Part shown: one piece after another, positions 1 through 13,894 of the stretch
Numbering within the stretch: the stretch's first letter is position 1
Layout of the letters: every line of letters starts with the position of its first letter
NCBI GenBank assembly: GCA_963848295.1
Contig: CAWKDB010000010.1
Location: 1,952,001-2,016,000 of the forward strand
Reading direction: 5' to 3'
Length of the DNA: 64,000 nt
DNA from: an uncultured delta proteobacterium
Lineage (GTDB): Bacteria; Myxococcota_A; Polyangia; Haliangiales; Haliangiaceae
Notes under the pieces: model-generated
What the model saw: only the letters and a program-made list of their open reading frames with translations
What the model was told of the DNA's origin: nothing
Database searches by the model: none
Translations under genes and position numbers: made by a program

Positions 1-1
1 C

Positions 2-885
2 GACGATGTCGGAGACCGCCTGACTGATCTCGCTGCGGTGCTTGATCTCACCGACCGCACGCTCGAGCGGAATGAACACCATCGCGACGAGCACGAGCGG
101 CGGAACGATCCGCGCAAACGGTCCAAGTCGCTTCGTCGTCACCTTGCTGATCGCGCGGCCGACGCGAATGCTCGCATGCTTCTTATCGAGCGCATCGAAT
201 GTCTGCTCCTCTTGGCGCATGTCGACCCGCGCGAAGCCGGCGCCCACGAACATCACGGCCGCGATCGCGAGGATCCCGCTGAGGTTCGCGGTGAACAGCA
301 GCGCGGCCCCTCGCGCGACGTCGGGGTCGCCGAGGGCGATCCCGTAGCCACACGCGCACAACGGTGGCACGAGTGAGATGCCGATGCTCGTGCCGGCCGC
401 CGTGGTCGCGATGTCGGCATCGGCGCGTAGCGTCGCGTACGCCGCGGCGAGTGCGCAGGCCGCGGCGACGGCGAGGTCGAGCAGGCTCGGCGCGGTTCGC
501 GCCTCGAGCTCCGGCGTGATCGAGTGAAACGGCAATAACCAGGTGATCGCGACGGCGACGACGACTACCACGGCGATGCTGACGAGGGTCCGGATCGTCG
601 CACGGAGCGCGAGCGCCGGCGAACCCGTGGCCAACCCCATCGCGAGATCGACGAGCGGCTTCATGAGCGGTGCGATCAACATCGCGCCGATCACGACCGC
701 CGTGCTGTTGAGCGCGAGGCCCAGGGTCGCGAGCATGGTCGCGATCCCGAGCTGGAGCCAATACCCGGTCGCGTCGCCCTGCTTGGGAATCAACATCGCC
801 TGGACGAGCCCAGCCCGATCCGACGGCGCGCGTCCGAACGACGCGAGCACGCGATCCTGAATGCGATGCGCGATCGTCCGGACCT

Positions 886-889
<4 letters not shown>
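2..889 (-). CDS. DUF389 family membrane protein (runs off the window start)
   Basis: Manual translation from GTG 889, which overlaps the upstream stop: ..LATLGLALNSTAVVIGAMLIAPLMKPLV..TAPSLLDLAVA..GTSIGISLVPPL.., typical DUF389 motifs. Not in the ORF track because it has no stop in the window. Confidence 0.85.
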
Positions 890-2126
<1,237 letters not shown>

Positions 2127-2130
<4 letters not shown>

Positions 2131-2831
2131 GTGCCGATCGCGAGGTCGTTGTGGATTGCGCCGACCCTAGCCCCCTGGTGGGGCGACTCCCACACCCGAA
2201 ACCCGCCGATGAACGCGTTCGCGTTGTCGCCGAGACGCGCGTTGGCCGGCAGCTGGTCGAGCTTCTTCGCGTTGCCACCGCCGATCACGACGTCGTCGGG
2301 TTCGAGGGCCGCGGTCAGCCGCTCGATCACGTCCGCGACGTGTCTGCGCCATTTCTTCTTGCCCCGCCGCTCGAGGCTGCGCACGCCCACGTAGTCCTCG
2401 TAGGTGCGTCCCTTCTTGTAGGGCAGATGCGCGAGCTCCATCGGAGCGAGGTGGCCATCGATGACCATGGCCGAGCCCAGCCCGGTGCCGAGGCCGAGAA
2501 ACAACATGCAGCCCTCGCGGTAGCTCCCGAGCGCTTGCATCGCCGCGTCGTTGACGATCTTGATGGGCCGGTGAAACGCTTGATGAAAGTCGAATCCGAC
2601 CCAGCCGTGTCCGAGGTGTTGCGGTTCTGCGGCGATCTGTGCGCGTGTGACACGCCCTGGATAACCGATCGAGACGGCATCGTATTGCCAATCCGAGGTG
2701 AGGCGCTGAACGTCTGTCACCATCACATGCGGAGTCATGCGTGGCCCCGAGTCGACCTTGCGCGGCTCGGTCTCCCCGCTGACGAGGACCTTGACATGCG
2801 TGCCACCGACGTCGATCGCGAGCACTCTCAT
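2127..2831 (-). CDS. ROK family kinase, polyphosphate glucokinase-like
   Basis: Motifs IDVGGTHVK, NDAAMQALG, GLGTGLG and MELAHLP. Confidence 0.85.
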
Positions 2832-2972
2832 CGATCCACGTTGTAGTCGATGGCCGCCCGGCGCGCAGTCTCATCCGGAGCAGATCGACATCGGCGTTTG
2901 CCCGCCGCGCCGGCCGAAGGCGTGAACGCATCCGCGCGCGGGACGTCTTGATAACTAGGAAGGAATCGAGCC

Positions 2973-3494
2973 ATGGCGAACAAAAACGACATCGCAGTCG
3001 CGATCTATCCGACGCACGATTCGGCGGAGACCGCGGTCAAGGAGCTCCAGAGGTCTGGTGTCGACATGAAGGCGTTGTCGATCATCGGCCGCGACTATCA
3101 CACCGAGGAACAAGTCGTCGGTTATTACAACCACGGCGATCGAATGAAGGCATGGGGCAAGCTCGGCGCCTTCTGGGGCGGGCTGTTCGGCGCGGTGTTC
3201 GGCAGCGCGTTCTTCATGATCCCCGGGATCGGACCGGTCGTCCTTGCCGGTCCCATCGTCAGCTGGCTCGTCGGCGGGCTCGAAGGCGCTGTCGTGGTGG
3301 GTGGACTGAGCGTGCTCGGAGCCGCGCTGTTCAACATCGGGATCCCGAAGGACAGCGTCATCAAGTACGAGAAGGCGCTCAAGGCTGATCAATTCATCGT
3401 TGCGGTGCACGGCACCGCGGCTGACGTCGACCGCGCGCGCTCGATCTTGCAACGCACCGGCGCTACCGAGACCGCGGTGCACGCGGTCAAGTGA
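2973..3494 (+). CDS. General stress / DUF1269-like membrane protein
   Basis: N-terminal HDSAETAVKELQRSG, Gly-rich hydrophobic core, GIPKDSVIKYE; AGGA RBS upstream. Confidence 0.7.
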   Translation: MANKNDIAVAIYPTHDSAETAVKELQRSGVDMKALSIIGRDYHTEEQVVGYYNHGDRMKAWGKLGAFWGGLFGAVFGSAFFMIPGIGPVVLAGPIVSWLVGGLEGAVVVGGLSVLGAALFNIGIPKDSVIKYEKALKADQFIVAVHGTAADVDRARSILQRTGATETAVHAVK

Positions 3495-4081
3495 ATCCCA
3501 TGCCCACCCGACCACTTCAGGTCGTCGTCGCGTTCGACTTCACGCAAACCGCGGAGGCCGCACTGCAGCGCGCGATCGATCTCGCGCATCGCGCAGAACG
3601 TCACGTCTTCCACTTTGTTTGCATCATCGATCCGCACGTTGGCGTCCCCGTCGTGCCGGCGGAGGGCAAGTACGACTACCAGTACGCCGAGCGCGTCCAG
3701 CAACAGCTCACGAAGCGGATCGAGACCGAGTTCGCGGCGCAACATGTCCCCGGCGCGGTGCACTTCTTTGTCCACGCGCGGTTCGGCAAGGCGGCGACCG
3801 AGATCCTGGTACTCGCGAAGGGCGTCGGCGCCGATCTGATCATCGTCGGCAGCCATGGCCACACGAGTCTCGAACGGGCCCTGCTCGGATCGGTCTCGGA
3901 AGCCGTGGTCCGCGGTGCCGGCTGCTCGGTGATCGTCGCGCGGCCGAAGTCGTACGCCGACGTCAAGCTACTGCCGATCATCGAGGTCGAGCCCAGTCAC
4001 CATCCGTACGTTCCCCCGCACCGCTACTCCTACGAGGAGACGCGGCTGATCAAGAGGCCTCTCGAATGGCCGTTGTACTGA
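3491..4081 (+). CDS. Universal stress protein (UspA family)
   Basis: VVVAFDF..ADLIIVGSHG..LLGSVSEAVVR..CSVIVAR. Confidence 0.9.
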   Translation: MNPMPTRPLQVVVAFDFTQTAEAALQRAIDLAHRAERHVFHFVCIIDPHVGVPVVPAEGKYDYQYAERVQQQLTKRIETEFAAQHVPGAVHFFVHARFGKAATEILVLAKGVGADLIIVGSHGHTSLERALLGSVSEAVVRGAGCSVIVARPKSYADVKLLPIIEVEPSHHPYVPPHRYSYEETRLIKRPLEWPLY

Positions 4082-5464
4082 GTCCTACCGAATCCGACGC
4101 GCTCGTCGTCTTTGGCGCGTCCGGAAGATCTCGCGTACAAGCAGATCTTCCCGGCGCTCCAGGCGCTGGTGCGGCGCGGCGAGCTGAACGTGCCGATCAT
4201 CGGCGTGGCCAAGTCACCGTGGACGGTCGAGCAACTACGCCAGCGTGCGCGCGCCAGCCTCGAGCATGATGGCCAGGTCGACGCGAGGGCGTTCGACAAG
4301 CTGTCGTCGATGCTGCGCTACGTCCAGGGCGAATACGCCAACCCCGAGACCTTCACTTCGCTGAAGCAGCAGCTCGGCTCCGCGAAGCGGCCGTTGTTCT
4401 ACCTGGCGATCCCGGAGAGCGCCTTCGCGACCGTCGTCACCGGGCTCGAACGCGCGAAGTTGTCGGAGCACGCGCGCGTGGCGATCGAGAAGCCGTTCGG
4501 ACGCGACCTCGCGTCGGCGCGCGCGCTCGAAGTAACGCTGCGGGCGGTCTTTCCAGACTCGGCGATCTTTCGCATCGATCACTTCCTCGGCAAGGAGCCG
4601 GTGCAACACCTGTTGTACTTCCGCTTCGCGAACTCGCTGTTCGAGCCGATCTGGAATCGCGATCACGTAGAGTCGGTGCAGATCACGATGGCCGAGAGCT
4701 TCGGCGTAGCGGGGCGAGGCGGCTTCTACGAGGAGACCGGGGCGATCCGCGACGTGCTGCAGAACCATCTGCTGCAGGTGACCGCGATCCTCGCGATGGA
4801 ACCGCCGATCGGTGCACATGCCGAGGCGATCCGCGACGAGAAGGTGCGAGTCCTCAAGGCGATCGCACCGCTCGACGCGAGCCACGTAGTTCGCGGTCAA
4901 TTCCGCGGCTATCGCGACGAGCCAGGCGTCGCTGCCGGCTCGTCGGTCGAGACCTACGTGGCAGTCGAGCTCCGCATCGAGAATTCGCGCTGGGCCGGCG
5001 TGCCATTTCTGATCCGATCGGGGAAGTGCCTGCCGACGACCGCGACCGAGATCATTGTCAAGCTCAAGCGACCGGCTTGCGAGCTGTTTGGCGAGCACAC
5101 CGACAGCGGCAACTACGTGCGGTTTCGCCTCGGCCCCGATGTCGTGATCGCGCTCGGAGTGCGCGTGAAGCAATCGGGCGAACAGATGGTCGGTCAGGCG
5201 TGCGAGCTCCAAGCGATCGAGAGCACCCCTGGCGAGATGCGTCCGTACGAGCGCTTGCTCGGCGATGCGATGCGGGGAGACCAGGGCTTGTTCGCACGCG
5301 CCGATGCGATCGAGGAGCAATGGCGGATCGTCGATCCCGTGCTCGGCAATGCGGCGCCGGTCCATCCCTACGCCCCGGGAACCTGGGGCCCGGCCGAGGC
5401 CGCGCGGCTGCTGCCGGATGGTCAGCGCTGGCACGAGCCGCCGGCGTCCAAGCGGGTCACGTGA
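4066..5464 (+). CDS. zwf: Glucose-6-phosphate 1-dehydrogenase, +1 frameshift near 4125
   Basis: ATG 4066 gives [20 protein letters not shown]. One extra A (GGA-A-GAT) separates this from [25 protein letters not shown] and DVLQNH motifs follow. Confidence 0.9.
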
Positions 5465-6924
5465 CACCCGTCGAGCCTCCCGCGACGCGATGTCACTTCG
5501 CGTGCGCGCTCGATCCCTCAGCCGCGGTCGCGTTCCCGCACGTCTGGGAACACACGATCGGCAGCGGCCACGCCGCGCTTGCCTTGCGCGCCGATTGGCA
5601 ACACCAGCTCGCGCGGTGCCGGCGCGAGCTCGGGTTCCGTCATGTTCGATTCCACGGCGTCTTGTCCGATGACCTGGGCACGCTGGTGCGCGAGAACGAT
5701 GCCCTCGTCTATTCGTTCTACAACGCCGACCACATCGTCGACTTCTTGCTCTCGATCGACATGCGGCCGTTCGTCGAGCTGTCGTTCATGCCGAACGCAT
5801 TGTCCTCGGGCGGAGCCGAGGTATTTTACTATCGCGGCAACATCACGCCGCCGAAGAGCTACTCGGAGTGGGAGGCGTTGATCGGCAAGCTCGTACTGCA
5901 TTGGGTCGATCGCTACGGCGCCGTCGAGGTCCGGCAGTGGTTGTTCGAGATCTGGAACGAGCCCAACTTGCCGGCGTTCTGGACCGGGACCCAGGCCGAG
6001 TACTTCAGGCTGTACGAGCACGCGGTCCACGCGATCAAAGCGATCGATAGCTCGCTGGTCGTCGGCGGTCCTGCGACCGCGGCCAACGCGTGGATCGCCG
6101 ACTTCCTCGCGTTCTGTCAGGCAGGCGCGGTGCCGGTCGATTTCGTCTCGACCCATCACTATCCGACCGACGCGTTCGGCGAGCCAGGCGACGACACGGT
6201 GGCGCAACTGGCGCAGAGCCGGCGCAGCGTGCTGCGCGAAGAAGCCGCGGGCGCACGTCGCGCAGCCGGCACCACGCCGCTGTACTATACCGAGTGGAGC
6301 ACCTCGTCGAACCCGTTCGATGATCTGCACGACCAGCCTTACGCCGCCGCGTTCATCGTCAAGACCGTGATGGAGGTCCGCGACCTGGTCAGTGGCTACA
6401 GCTACTGGACGTTCAGCGACATCTTCGACGAGAACTACTTCGCATCGCGGCCGTTTCACGGCGGGTTCGGGCTGCTCACGATCGACGGCGTGCCGAAGCC
6501 GGCGTATCGCGCGTTCGAGCTCTTGCATCGGCTCGGCGATCGGATCTCCGTGGTCGAAGGCTCGCACGCTACGGTCGATGTCTGGATCACGCAGCGCACC
6601 GGTCGCGTGTCGATCCTCGTCACCAACGGTGCGCTACCCCGCCACCCGATCCGCACGGAGGTCGTGACGATCGAGCTTCGCGGCATCGGGGCGATCGCCT
6701 CCGCGACGATCGAACGGATCGACGACGATCACGCGAACCCTCGGCGGGCCTGGGTCGAGATGGGACAGCCGGACCGGCCGATGCCACGTCAGGTCGCAGC
6801 GCTCGACGCGGCCTCCGCCTTGGTGGCGCAGCCCACACCGTTCCGGGCGGATCGCGATAAGGTGCTGTTCGAGATCACCATGCCACCCCAGGGAACTGCA
6901 CTGCTGAGCATCGAGCTGCGGTGA
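5461..6924 (+). CDS. GH39 family glycoside hydrolase (beta-xylosidase-like)
   Basis: [22 protein letters not shown] (acid/base), YTEW (nucleophile) and [13 protein letters not shown] start overlaps the zwf stop. Confidence 0.9.
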   Translation: MTPVEPPATRCHFACALDPSAAVAFPHVWEHTIGSGHAALALRADWQHQLARCRRELGFRHVRFHGVLSDDLGTLVRENDALVYSFYNADHIVDFLLSIDMRPFVELSFMPNALSSGGAEVFYYRGNITPPKSYSEWEALIGKLVLHWVDRYGAVEVRQWLFEIWNEPNLPAFWTGTQAEYFRLYEHAVHAIKAIDSSLVVGGPATAANAWIADFLAFCQAGAVPVDFVSTHHYPTDAFGEPGDDTVAQLAQSRRSVLREEAAGARRAAGTTPLYYTEWSTSSNPFDDLHDQPYAAAFIVKTVMEVRDLVSGYSYWTFSDIFDENYFASRPFHGGFGLLTIDGVPKPAYRAFELLHRLGDRISVVEGSHATVDVWITQRTGRVSILVTNGALPRHPIRTEVVTIELRGIGAIASATIERIDDDHANPRRAWVEMGQPDRPMPRQVAALDAASALVAQPTPFRADRDKVLFEITMPPQGTALLSIELR

Positions 6925-8234
6925 GCGTGGAGACCTTCGCAGCGCGCGACCGAGCGATGCTCGACACGTTGCAGCACGAGACGTTCGACTACTTCGTTCG
7001 CAACGCGAATCCGCGCAACGGCCTGATCGCGGACAAGACCGAGCCCGGCGCCCCGGCGAGCATCGCCGCGACTGGCCTGGGACTGTCGTCGCTGTGCGTC
7101 GCGGTCGAGCGCGGCTGGATGGCACGCGCGGCGGTGGCGGCGAGGGTCCGGTCGACCCTCGAGTTCTTTCAGGGGAGCGCGCAAGGCCCGGAGCCCGATG
7201 CGACCGGGCACCACGGCTTCTACTATCACTTCCTGGAGATGAACAGCGGTCGACGCGCGTGGAAGTGCGAGCTGTCGACGATCGATACCGCACTGTTGAT
7301 CGCCGGGGTGCTGACCGCCGGGACGTTCTTCGACGGTGCGGACGCGGATGAAGTCGCGATCCGTGCGCTGTCAGATGAGTTGTATCGCCGCGTCGAGTGG
7401 AGCTGGGCCTGCAATCGCACCGCGACGATCGGGCACGGCTGGACGCCCGAGTCGGGCTTTCTCGAATCGGACTGGAGCGAAGCGTACTGCGAGGCGTTGT
7501 TGCTCTATGTCCTCGCGCTCGGCTCGCCGACGTTCGCGACCGCCGCCGAAGGCTATCGCGCCTGGACGGCGACGTTCGAACGCAAGACCGCGTACGACGT
7601 CGACTACATCTACGCCGGCCCGTTGTTCATCCACCAGCTCTCGCACATCTGGATCGACTTTCGCGGCATTCACGACGATCGGACGCGCGAGCTCGGTTGG
7701 GATTACTTCGAGAACAGCCGGCGCGCGACCCTCGTGCATCAGCGGTACGCGATCGAAAATCCACACGGGTTCGCTCACTACTCCAAGAACGAGTGGGGCC
7801 TGACCGCGAGCGACGGACCTGGGCCCATGGTGGAGGTCGTCGACGGCGTTCCGCGTGAGTTCTTCGGCTACCTGGCGCGCGGTGCGCCGTTTGGCCCCGA
7901 CGACGGAACGATCTCGCCATGGGCGGTCGTCGCATCGCTGCCGTTCGTGCCGGAGATCGTGTGCGAGACGCTCCACCACGCGATCGAGCGACTCGAGCTC
8001 AAGAACAAACACGGACCCGGCTTCGATGCCAGCTTCAACTCGACGTTTCCCTATAAGCGAGAGAACCCGCACGGCTGGGTCGCGCCGTGGCGCATCGGGT
8101 TGAACGAGGGACCGATCGTCCTGATGATCGAGAATCATCGGAACGAGTTGATCTGGAAGATGATGAAGCGGTGTGCGCCGATCGTCGCCGGCTTGCGGCG
8201 CGCCGGATTTCGCGGTGGGTGGCTCGATAGCTGA
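6921..8234 (+). CDS. DUF3131 'glucoamylase' family protein (GH144-like glucanase)
   Basis: ASIAATGLGL, HGFYYHF, ELSTIDTA, GPLFIHQLSHIWIDFRG and WGLTASDGPG. Confidence 0.8.
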   Translation: MSVETFAARDRAMLDTLQHETFDYFVRNANPRNGLIADKTEPGAPASIAATGLGLSSLCVAVERGWMARAAVAARVRSTLEFFQGSAQGPEPDATGHHGFYYHFLEMNSGRRAWKCELSTIDTALLIAGVLTAGTFFDGADADEVAIRALSDELYRRVEWSWACNRTATIGHGWTPESGFLESDWSEAYCEALLLYVLALGSPTFATAAEGYRAWTATFERKTAYDVDYIYAGPLFIHQLSHIWIDFRGIHDDRTRELGWDYFENSRRATLVHQRYAIENPHGFAHYSKNEWGLTASDGPGPMVEVVDGVPREFFGYLARGAPFGPDDGTISPWAVVASLPFVPEIVCETLHHAIERLELKNKHGPGFDASFNSTFPYKRENPHGWVAPWRIGLNEGPIVLMIENHRNELIWKMMKRCAPIVAGLRRAGFRGGWLDS

Positions 8235-8259
8235 TGCGCGAGAGGCACGATAGACGACG

Positions 8260-9129
8260 ATGATCGAGCTTACCCTCCCGGTCATCGCGCTGCTGTTCGC
8301 CGTCGGGCTCGGCGCGGGTCTGCTCGGCGCGCGGATCGGCATCGGCGGCGGTGTGGTGCTCGTGCCGGCGCTCGTGCTTGGCTTCGGGATCGATCCGAAG
8401 ATCGCGATCGCGACCTCGCTCCTCGCGGTGATCGCGACCTCGACCGCGGCGGGCAGCGTCTACGTCGGCCGCGGCCTCACGAACACCCGGCTCGCGATCG
8501 CGCTCGAGGTCGCGACGAGCCTCGGCGGCGTGATCGGTGGCTTGCTAGCCGTCATGGTGCCCTCGTACATGCTCGCCGGCGTGTTCGCGATCGTCATGGG
8601 CGTGACCGCGGTGTTGATGCTCCGGCGCGCCAGCGCGCGCCAGCCGCGCACGGTCGATGCGGCCGCGACCCCCGATCAGGCGTCGGAGCTCGCCGGGCAG
8701 CTCGCCGGCAGCTACTACGACGATCTACGCGGCGGTCTGGTCCGCTATCGCGCTCGGCGTGTCGGGTTCGGCGCCGCGCTCGCGCTGGTCGCCGGGGCGG
8801 TGTCCGGACTGCTCGGCGTCGGCGGCGGCTTCCTCAAGGTCCCGGCGATGAACGTGGCGATGGACATCCCGATCAAGGTCGCGATCGCGACCAGCAACTT
8901 CATGATCGGGGTCACGGCGGCGTCGAGCGTCTTTGTCTACTTCGGTCGCGGCTACGTTCACCCTGCCCTCGTCGCACCGGTCGTGCTCGGCGTGATCGCC
9001 GGCGCGCTCGCGAGTAGCACGCACTCAGCGAAGGCCGATCACGCCGGCCTCAAGCGCGTGCTCGCGGTCGTCTTGATCATCGTCGCGATTCAAATGGGCC
9101 TGCGCGCCCTCGGGGTCGGCGGTGGTTGA
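8260..9129 (+). CDS. Sulfite exporter TauE/SafE family protein
   Basis: Duplicated GIGGGVVLVP / GVGGGFLKVP motifs, ATSNFMIGVT, multi-TM. Confidence 0.88.
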   Translation: MIELTLPVIALLFAVGLGAGLLGARIGIGGGVVLVPALVLGFGIDPKIAIATSLLAVIATSTAAGSVYVGRGLTNTRLAIALEVATSLGGVIGGLLAVMVPSYMLAGVFAIVMGVTAVLMLRRASARQPRTVDAAATPDQASELAGQLAGSYYDDLRGGLVRYRARRVGFGAALALVAGAVSGLLGVGGGFLKVPAMNVAMDIPIKVAIATSNFMIGVTAASSVFVYFGRGYVHPALVAPVVLGVIAGALASSTHSAKADHAGLKRVLAVVLIIVAIQMGLRALGVGGG

Positions 9130-9472
9130 TTCGTCGAGCCCCAGCGCGAGGTCGCAGCGCGCTCACCGCTACCTCCAGTGGATCCTTCGCGTCGGCCTCG
9201 TCATCGCGATGGTGCTCGTCGCTGGTGGTCTGATCGCCGCGCTGGTCACCGGCGAGCCGAGCGGAGACGCGGTCAGTCTTCACAGCTTGTTTTCCGAGGC
9301 GACGGTCGCGGACCGCCTCATCGCGATCGGGCTGCTGGTCCTCGCGTTCACGCCGGTGATGCGCGTGGTCGCGCTGATCGCGATCTGGATCGGCGAACGC
9401 GACTGGCGCTTCGTGGTGCTGAGCCTGATCGTCGCCGCGATCCTGGCCGTGTCGATCTTGTCGGGGTGGTGA
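9122..9472 (+). CDS. DUF1634 family membrane protein
   Basis: LRVGL..GLLVLAFTPVMRV..ERDWRF; usual partner of TauE. Confidence 0.75.
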   Translation: MVDSSSPSARSQRAHRYLQWILRVGLVIAMVLVAGGLIAALVTGEPSGDAVSLHSLFSEATVADRLIAIGLLVLAFTPVMRVVALIAIWIGERDWRFVVLSLIVAAILAVSILSGW

Positions 9473-9567
9473 TCCTGTCAACCGTGTAATGCTGGTGAAA
9501 GGTTCTCGTTACCCGCGACGGTCAGGCTTGGGCAAGCGCGCTCGAAGCCGCAAGAAAGCCTCGCCAG

Positions 9568-11742
9568 ATGAAACGTCGCAATATCGGGTCCCTCGTCCTG
9601 TCGGTAGGAATCGTCATCATCCTGGTCGCCACCGGCCTTGGCGGTGGCTTGGGCAGCCGATCGCCCGCATCGGGCACGACGGAGGCCAACATCACGCGGC
9701 TCACCACGAACCTCCTCGAGCGCTCGCAGTTCGCGCACCACATGCTCGACGACAAGCTCGCCCGCAGGTTCCTCGATCGCTACCTCGATTCGTTGGACCC
9801 GACTCGATCACTGTTCCTCCAGTCAGACGTCGACGACTTCGCCGCCTCAGGAGCCGACCTCGCACGTGCAACTCGCGACGTCGGCGATACGCACCTCGCT
9901 CGGGCGATCTTCGCGCGCTTCGTCGAGCGACTCGGCCAGCGGTCTGCGTACCTCACGCGCGCACTCGCCGGGACTTTTGATTTTACCGGACATGACGTGT
10001 ACGCCTTCGATCGCGAGCACGCGCCGCGGCCGCGCGATCTGACCGACGCGCACCACCTCTGGCACGAACAGCTTCGCGCCGACTACTTGCAAGAGAAGCT
10101 GGGCGACCACAAGCCGAGCGAGATCGTGCACACGCTGGCGCTCCGCTACGCGCAACAGGCAAAGATGACGAGGTCGTTCGGGCCTGACCAAGTCCTCGAC
10201 GTGTACCTGAACGCGCTCGCGCACGTCTACGATCCTCACTCGGACTATCTGGGTCACGAGGAGATGGAGAGCTTCTCGATCGCGATGAACCTGTCGCTGT
10301 TCGGCATCGGTGCGACGTTGGAATACAAGGATGGCTATTGCACGATTCGAGATCTGGTCCCGGGCGGTCCCGCGGCGCGAAGCAGGGCGATCAAGCCAGG
10401 TGATCGCATCATCGCGGTCGCTCAGGCTGGGAAGGATCCGGTCGACATCACGAACATGCCGCTGTCGCAAGCGGTGGAGCTGATCCGGGGCGCGAAGGGC
10501 TCGACGGTGACGCTGAAGATCCTGCCCGCCGGCGCCGTCGAAGGCGCACCCGCGACGACCGTCTCGATCGCCCGCGGCGAGGTGAAGCTCGAAGATCAGG
10601 AAGCGAAGGCCCGCATCGTCGATATGACGACGGGTCACAAGCTCCGACTCGGCGTCATCGACCTTCCATCGTTCTACGCCGGCGACCGCGATGGCATGCG
10701 TCGGAGCGCGACCGCGGATGTCGCGCGCCTGCTGCGCAAGCTGGAGGCCGAGCACGTGCGCGGCATCGTGCTGGACCTGCGCCGCAACGGCGGCGGGTCG
10801 CTCGCCGAAGCGATCAGCCTCACCGGACTCTTCATCCGCACCGGGCCGGTCGTGCAGACGCGCGACCAGATCGGACGCATCGAGGTCGGCTCCGACACCG
10901 ATCCATCGGTGGTGTACGACGGGCCGCTCGTCCTGCTGACCAGTCGGTTCAGCGCTTCCGCCACCGAGATCCTCGCAGGTGCGCTGCAGGATTACGGGCG
11001 CGCGGTCGTCGTCGGCGATTCCGCGACGTTCGGCAAAGGCACCGTGCAGAACGTCGTCCCGCTCGCCCGGATCATGGACCGACTCGGGCTCGCACACCGC
11101 TACGACCCGGGCGCGTTGAAGATCACCACCGACAAGTTCTATCGCCCGAGCGGCGCGTCGACCCAGTTGCGCGGCGTGGCATCGGACATCGTGGTGCCGT
11201 CTCTGAGCGAGGTCAGCGGCGTGAGCGAGGCCGCGCTGAAAGACCCGTTGCCCTGGGACACGATCCCATCTGCGAGCTACGACCGCCTCGGTCTCGTCGC
11301 CCCGTATGTCGCCACGCTGCGCGCTCGCGCCGCGCGCCGGATCGCGAGCGAGAAGGACTTCGCATATCTCGCCGGTGACGCCGTCCGTCTCGAACAGCGC
11401 CTCGCGACGAAGTCCATCTCGCTGAACGAGGCGGAGCGGCGGTTGGAGCTCTCGCAGGACAAGGCGCGCGACGCCGAGCGCATCGCGGCCGATCGAGCTA
11501 TGCGCTCGACCGAGCCGACGACCTATGCGATCACGCTCGAGAACGCGTCTGCACCGGGATTGCCGCCCGCCACGTCGAACGCCGATGCGACCTCGCCGAA
11601 CCACGCGCAGACGAAGCTCGATCGATCCGATGCGAAACAATGGTCGTCCGACGATGTCATCCTGCGCGAAGGGGAGCGGATCCTGGCCGATTACGTCGAG
11701 CTCCTGGCTCATCCCGAGCTCCGTCGGATCGCGGTGAAGTGA
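9568..11742 (+). CDS. prc: Carboxy-terminal processing protease (S41A, Prc/Tsp)
   Basis: YDPHSDY, PDZ (GIGATL), LDLRRNGGGSL, SASATEILAGALQDYGRA and TFGKGTVQ. Confidence 0.92.
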   Translation: MKRRNIGSLVLSVGIVIILVATGLGGGLGSRSPASGTTEANITRLTTNLLERSQFAHHMLDDKLARRFLDRYLDSLDPTRSLFLQSDVDDFAASGADLARATRDVGDTHLARAIFARFVERLGQRSAYLTRALAGTFDFTGHDVYAFDREHAPRPRDLTDAHHLWHEQLRADYLQEKLGDHKPSEIVHTLALRYAQQAKMTRSFGPDQVLDVYLNALAHVYDPHSDYLGHEEMESFSIAMNLSLFGIGATLEYKDGYCTIRDLVPGGPAARSRAIKPGDRIIAVAQAGKDPVDITNMPLSQAVELIRGAKGSTVTLKILPAGAVEGAPATTVSIARGEVKLEDQEAKARIVDMTTGHKLRLGVIDLPSFYAGDRDGMRRSATADVARLLRKLEAEHVRGIVLDLRRNGGGSLAEAISLTGLFIRTGPVVQTRDQIGRIEVGSDTDPSVVYDGPLVLLTSRFSASATEILAGALQDYGRAVVVGDSATFGKGTVQNVVPLARIMDRLGLAHRYDPGALKITTDKFYRPSGASTQLRGVASDIVVPSLSEVSGVSEAALKDPLPWDTIPSASYDRLGLVAPYVATLRARAARRIASEKDFAYLAGDAVRLEQRLATKSISLNEAERRLELSQDKARDAERIAADRAMRSTEPTTYAITLENASAPGLPPATSNADATSPNHAQTKLDRSDAKQWSSDDVILREGERILADYVELLAHPELRRIAVK

Positions 11743-11837
11743 CCGGTGTCTCGCGATGCGGCGGATAAGCTCGAACCTTGCCAGCTTGAAATGTTACGGC
11801 AACGTTCGAGCAGGATCGCCGGGCCAGACTTGTTGGC

Positions 11838-12913
<1,076 letters not shown>

Positions 12914-12917
<4 letters not shown>

Positions 12918-13894
12918 CCGGCGTCGTCCACGCGACCCGCGCGCCGGTGTTGCCGCGGCGCGCGTTGGCGCCCGCGGAGCATGTCGATCCGGCGCGCGTC
13001 AAGGCGATCATGGAGAAGGTCCGCCAGATCGAGATCCGCACGCGCGGTCTCGTCGCGAGCTCGCTCGCCGGCGGATATCAAGCCGCGTTTCGCGGTCGCG
13101 GCATCGACTTCGATCGGGTTCGCGAATACGTGCCCGGCGATGAGGTCCGCACGATCGATTGGAACGTGACGGCGCGAGCCGGCCATCCGTTCGTCAAGGA
13201 GTTCCGTGAAGAGCGCGAGCTGATCTTGATGCTGCTCGTCGACGTCTCCGCGTCGGGCGAGTTCGGCAGCACGAGCGTGCGCAAGCGCGAGCTCGCCGCG
13301 GAGCTCGCTTGCGTGCTCGCGATGTCCGCGATCCGCAACAGCGACCAGGTCGGGCTCGTCTTGTTCTCCGATCAGATCGAACGCTTTGTCCCGCCGGCGA
13401 AGGGTCGATCGCACGCGCTGCGCGTGGTGCGCGAGATCCTCGGATGCAAACCCGCCGGCACCGGCACCGACATCGCGGGCGCGGTGCGGCTCGCCGGCTC
13501 GATGCTGCGCAAACGGTCGCTGATGTTCGTGGTCTCCGACCTCGTGCTCGGCCAGCCGCGGGCAACGAAGCTCGCCGATCTCCGGCACGCCGTGCGTCCG
13601 GTCGCGCGCGCTCACGATGTCGTCGCGCTTCACGTGCGCGATCCGTTCGAGCGCGAGCTCCCCGATCTCGGGCTCGTCACGGTCGAAGACGCCGAGACCG
13701 GCGACGTGGTCTGTATCGACACCGGGCGCAAGAAGGTCCGACAGCGGTTCGCCGAGCTCGCCCGGGCGCGCGCCGACGAAACCGTGCGGCTGCTGCGTCG
13801 CTCGAACGTCGAGACGCTCGAGATCGATACCAAGGCGGGATACGTGTCCGCGTTGCTCGCGTTCTTTGCCGAGCGCGAACGGAGGCCGCGATGA
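12914..13894 (+). CDS. DUF58 (VWA-like) protein
   Basis: GRGIDFDRVREYVPGDEVRTIDWNVTAR and DVSAS; directly follows MoxR. Confidence 0.92.
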
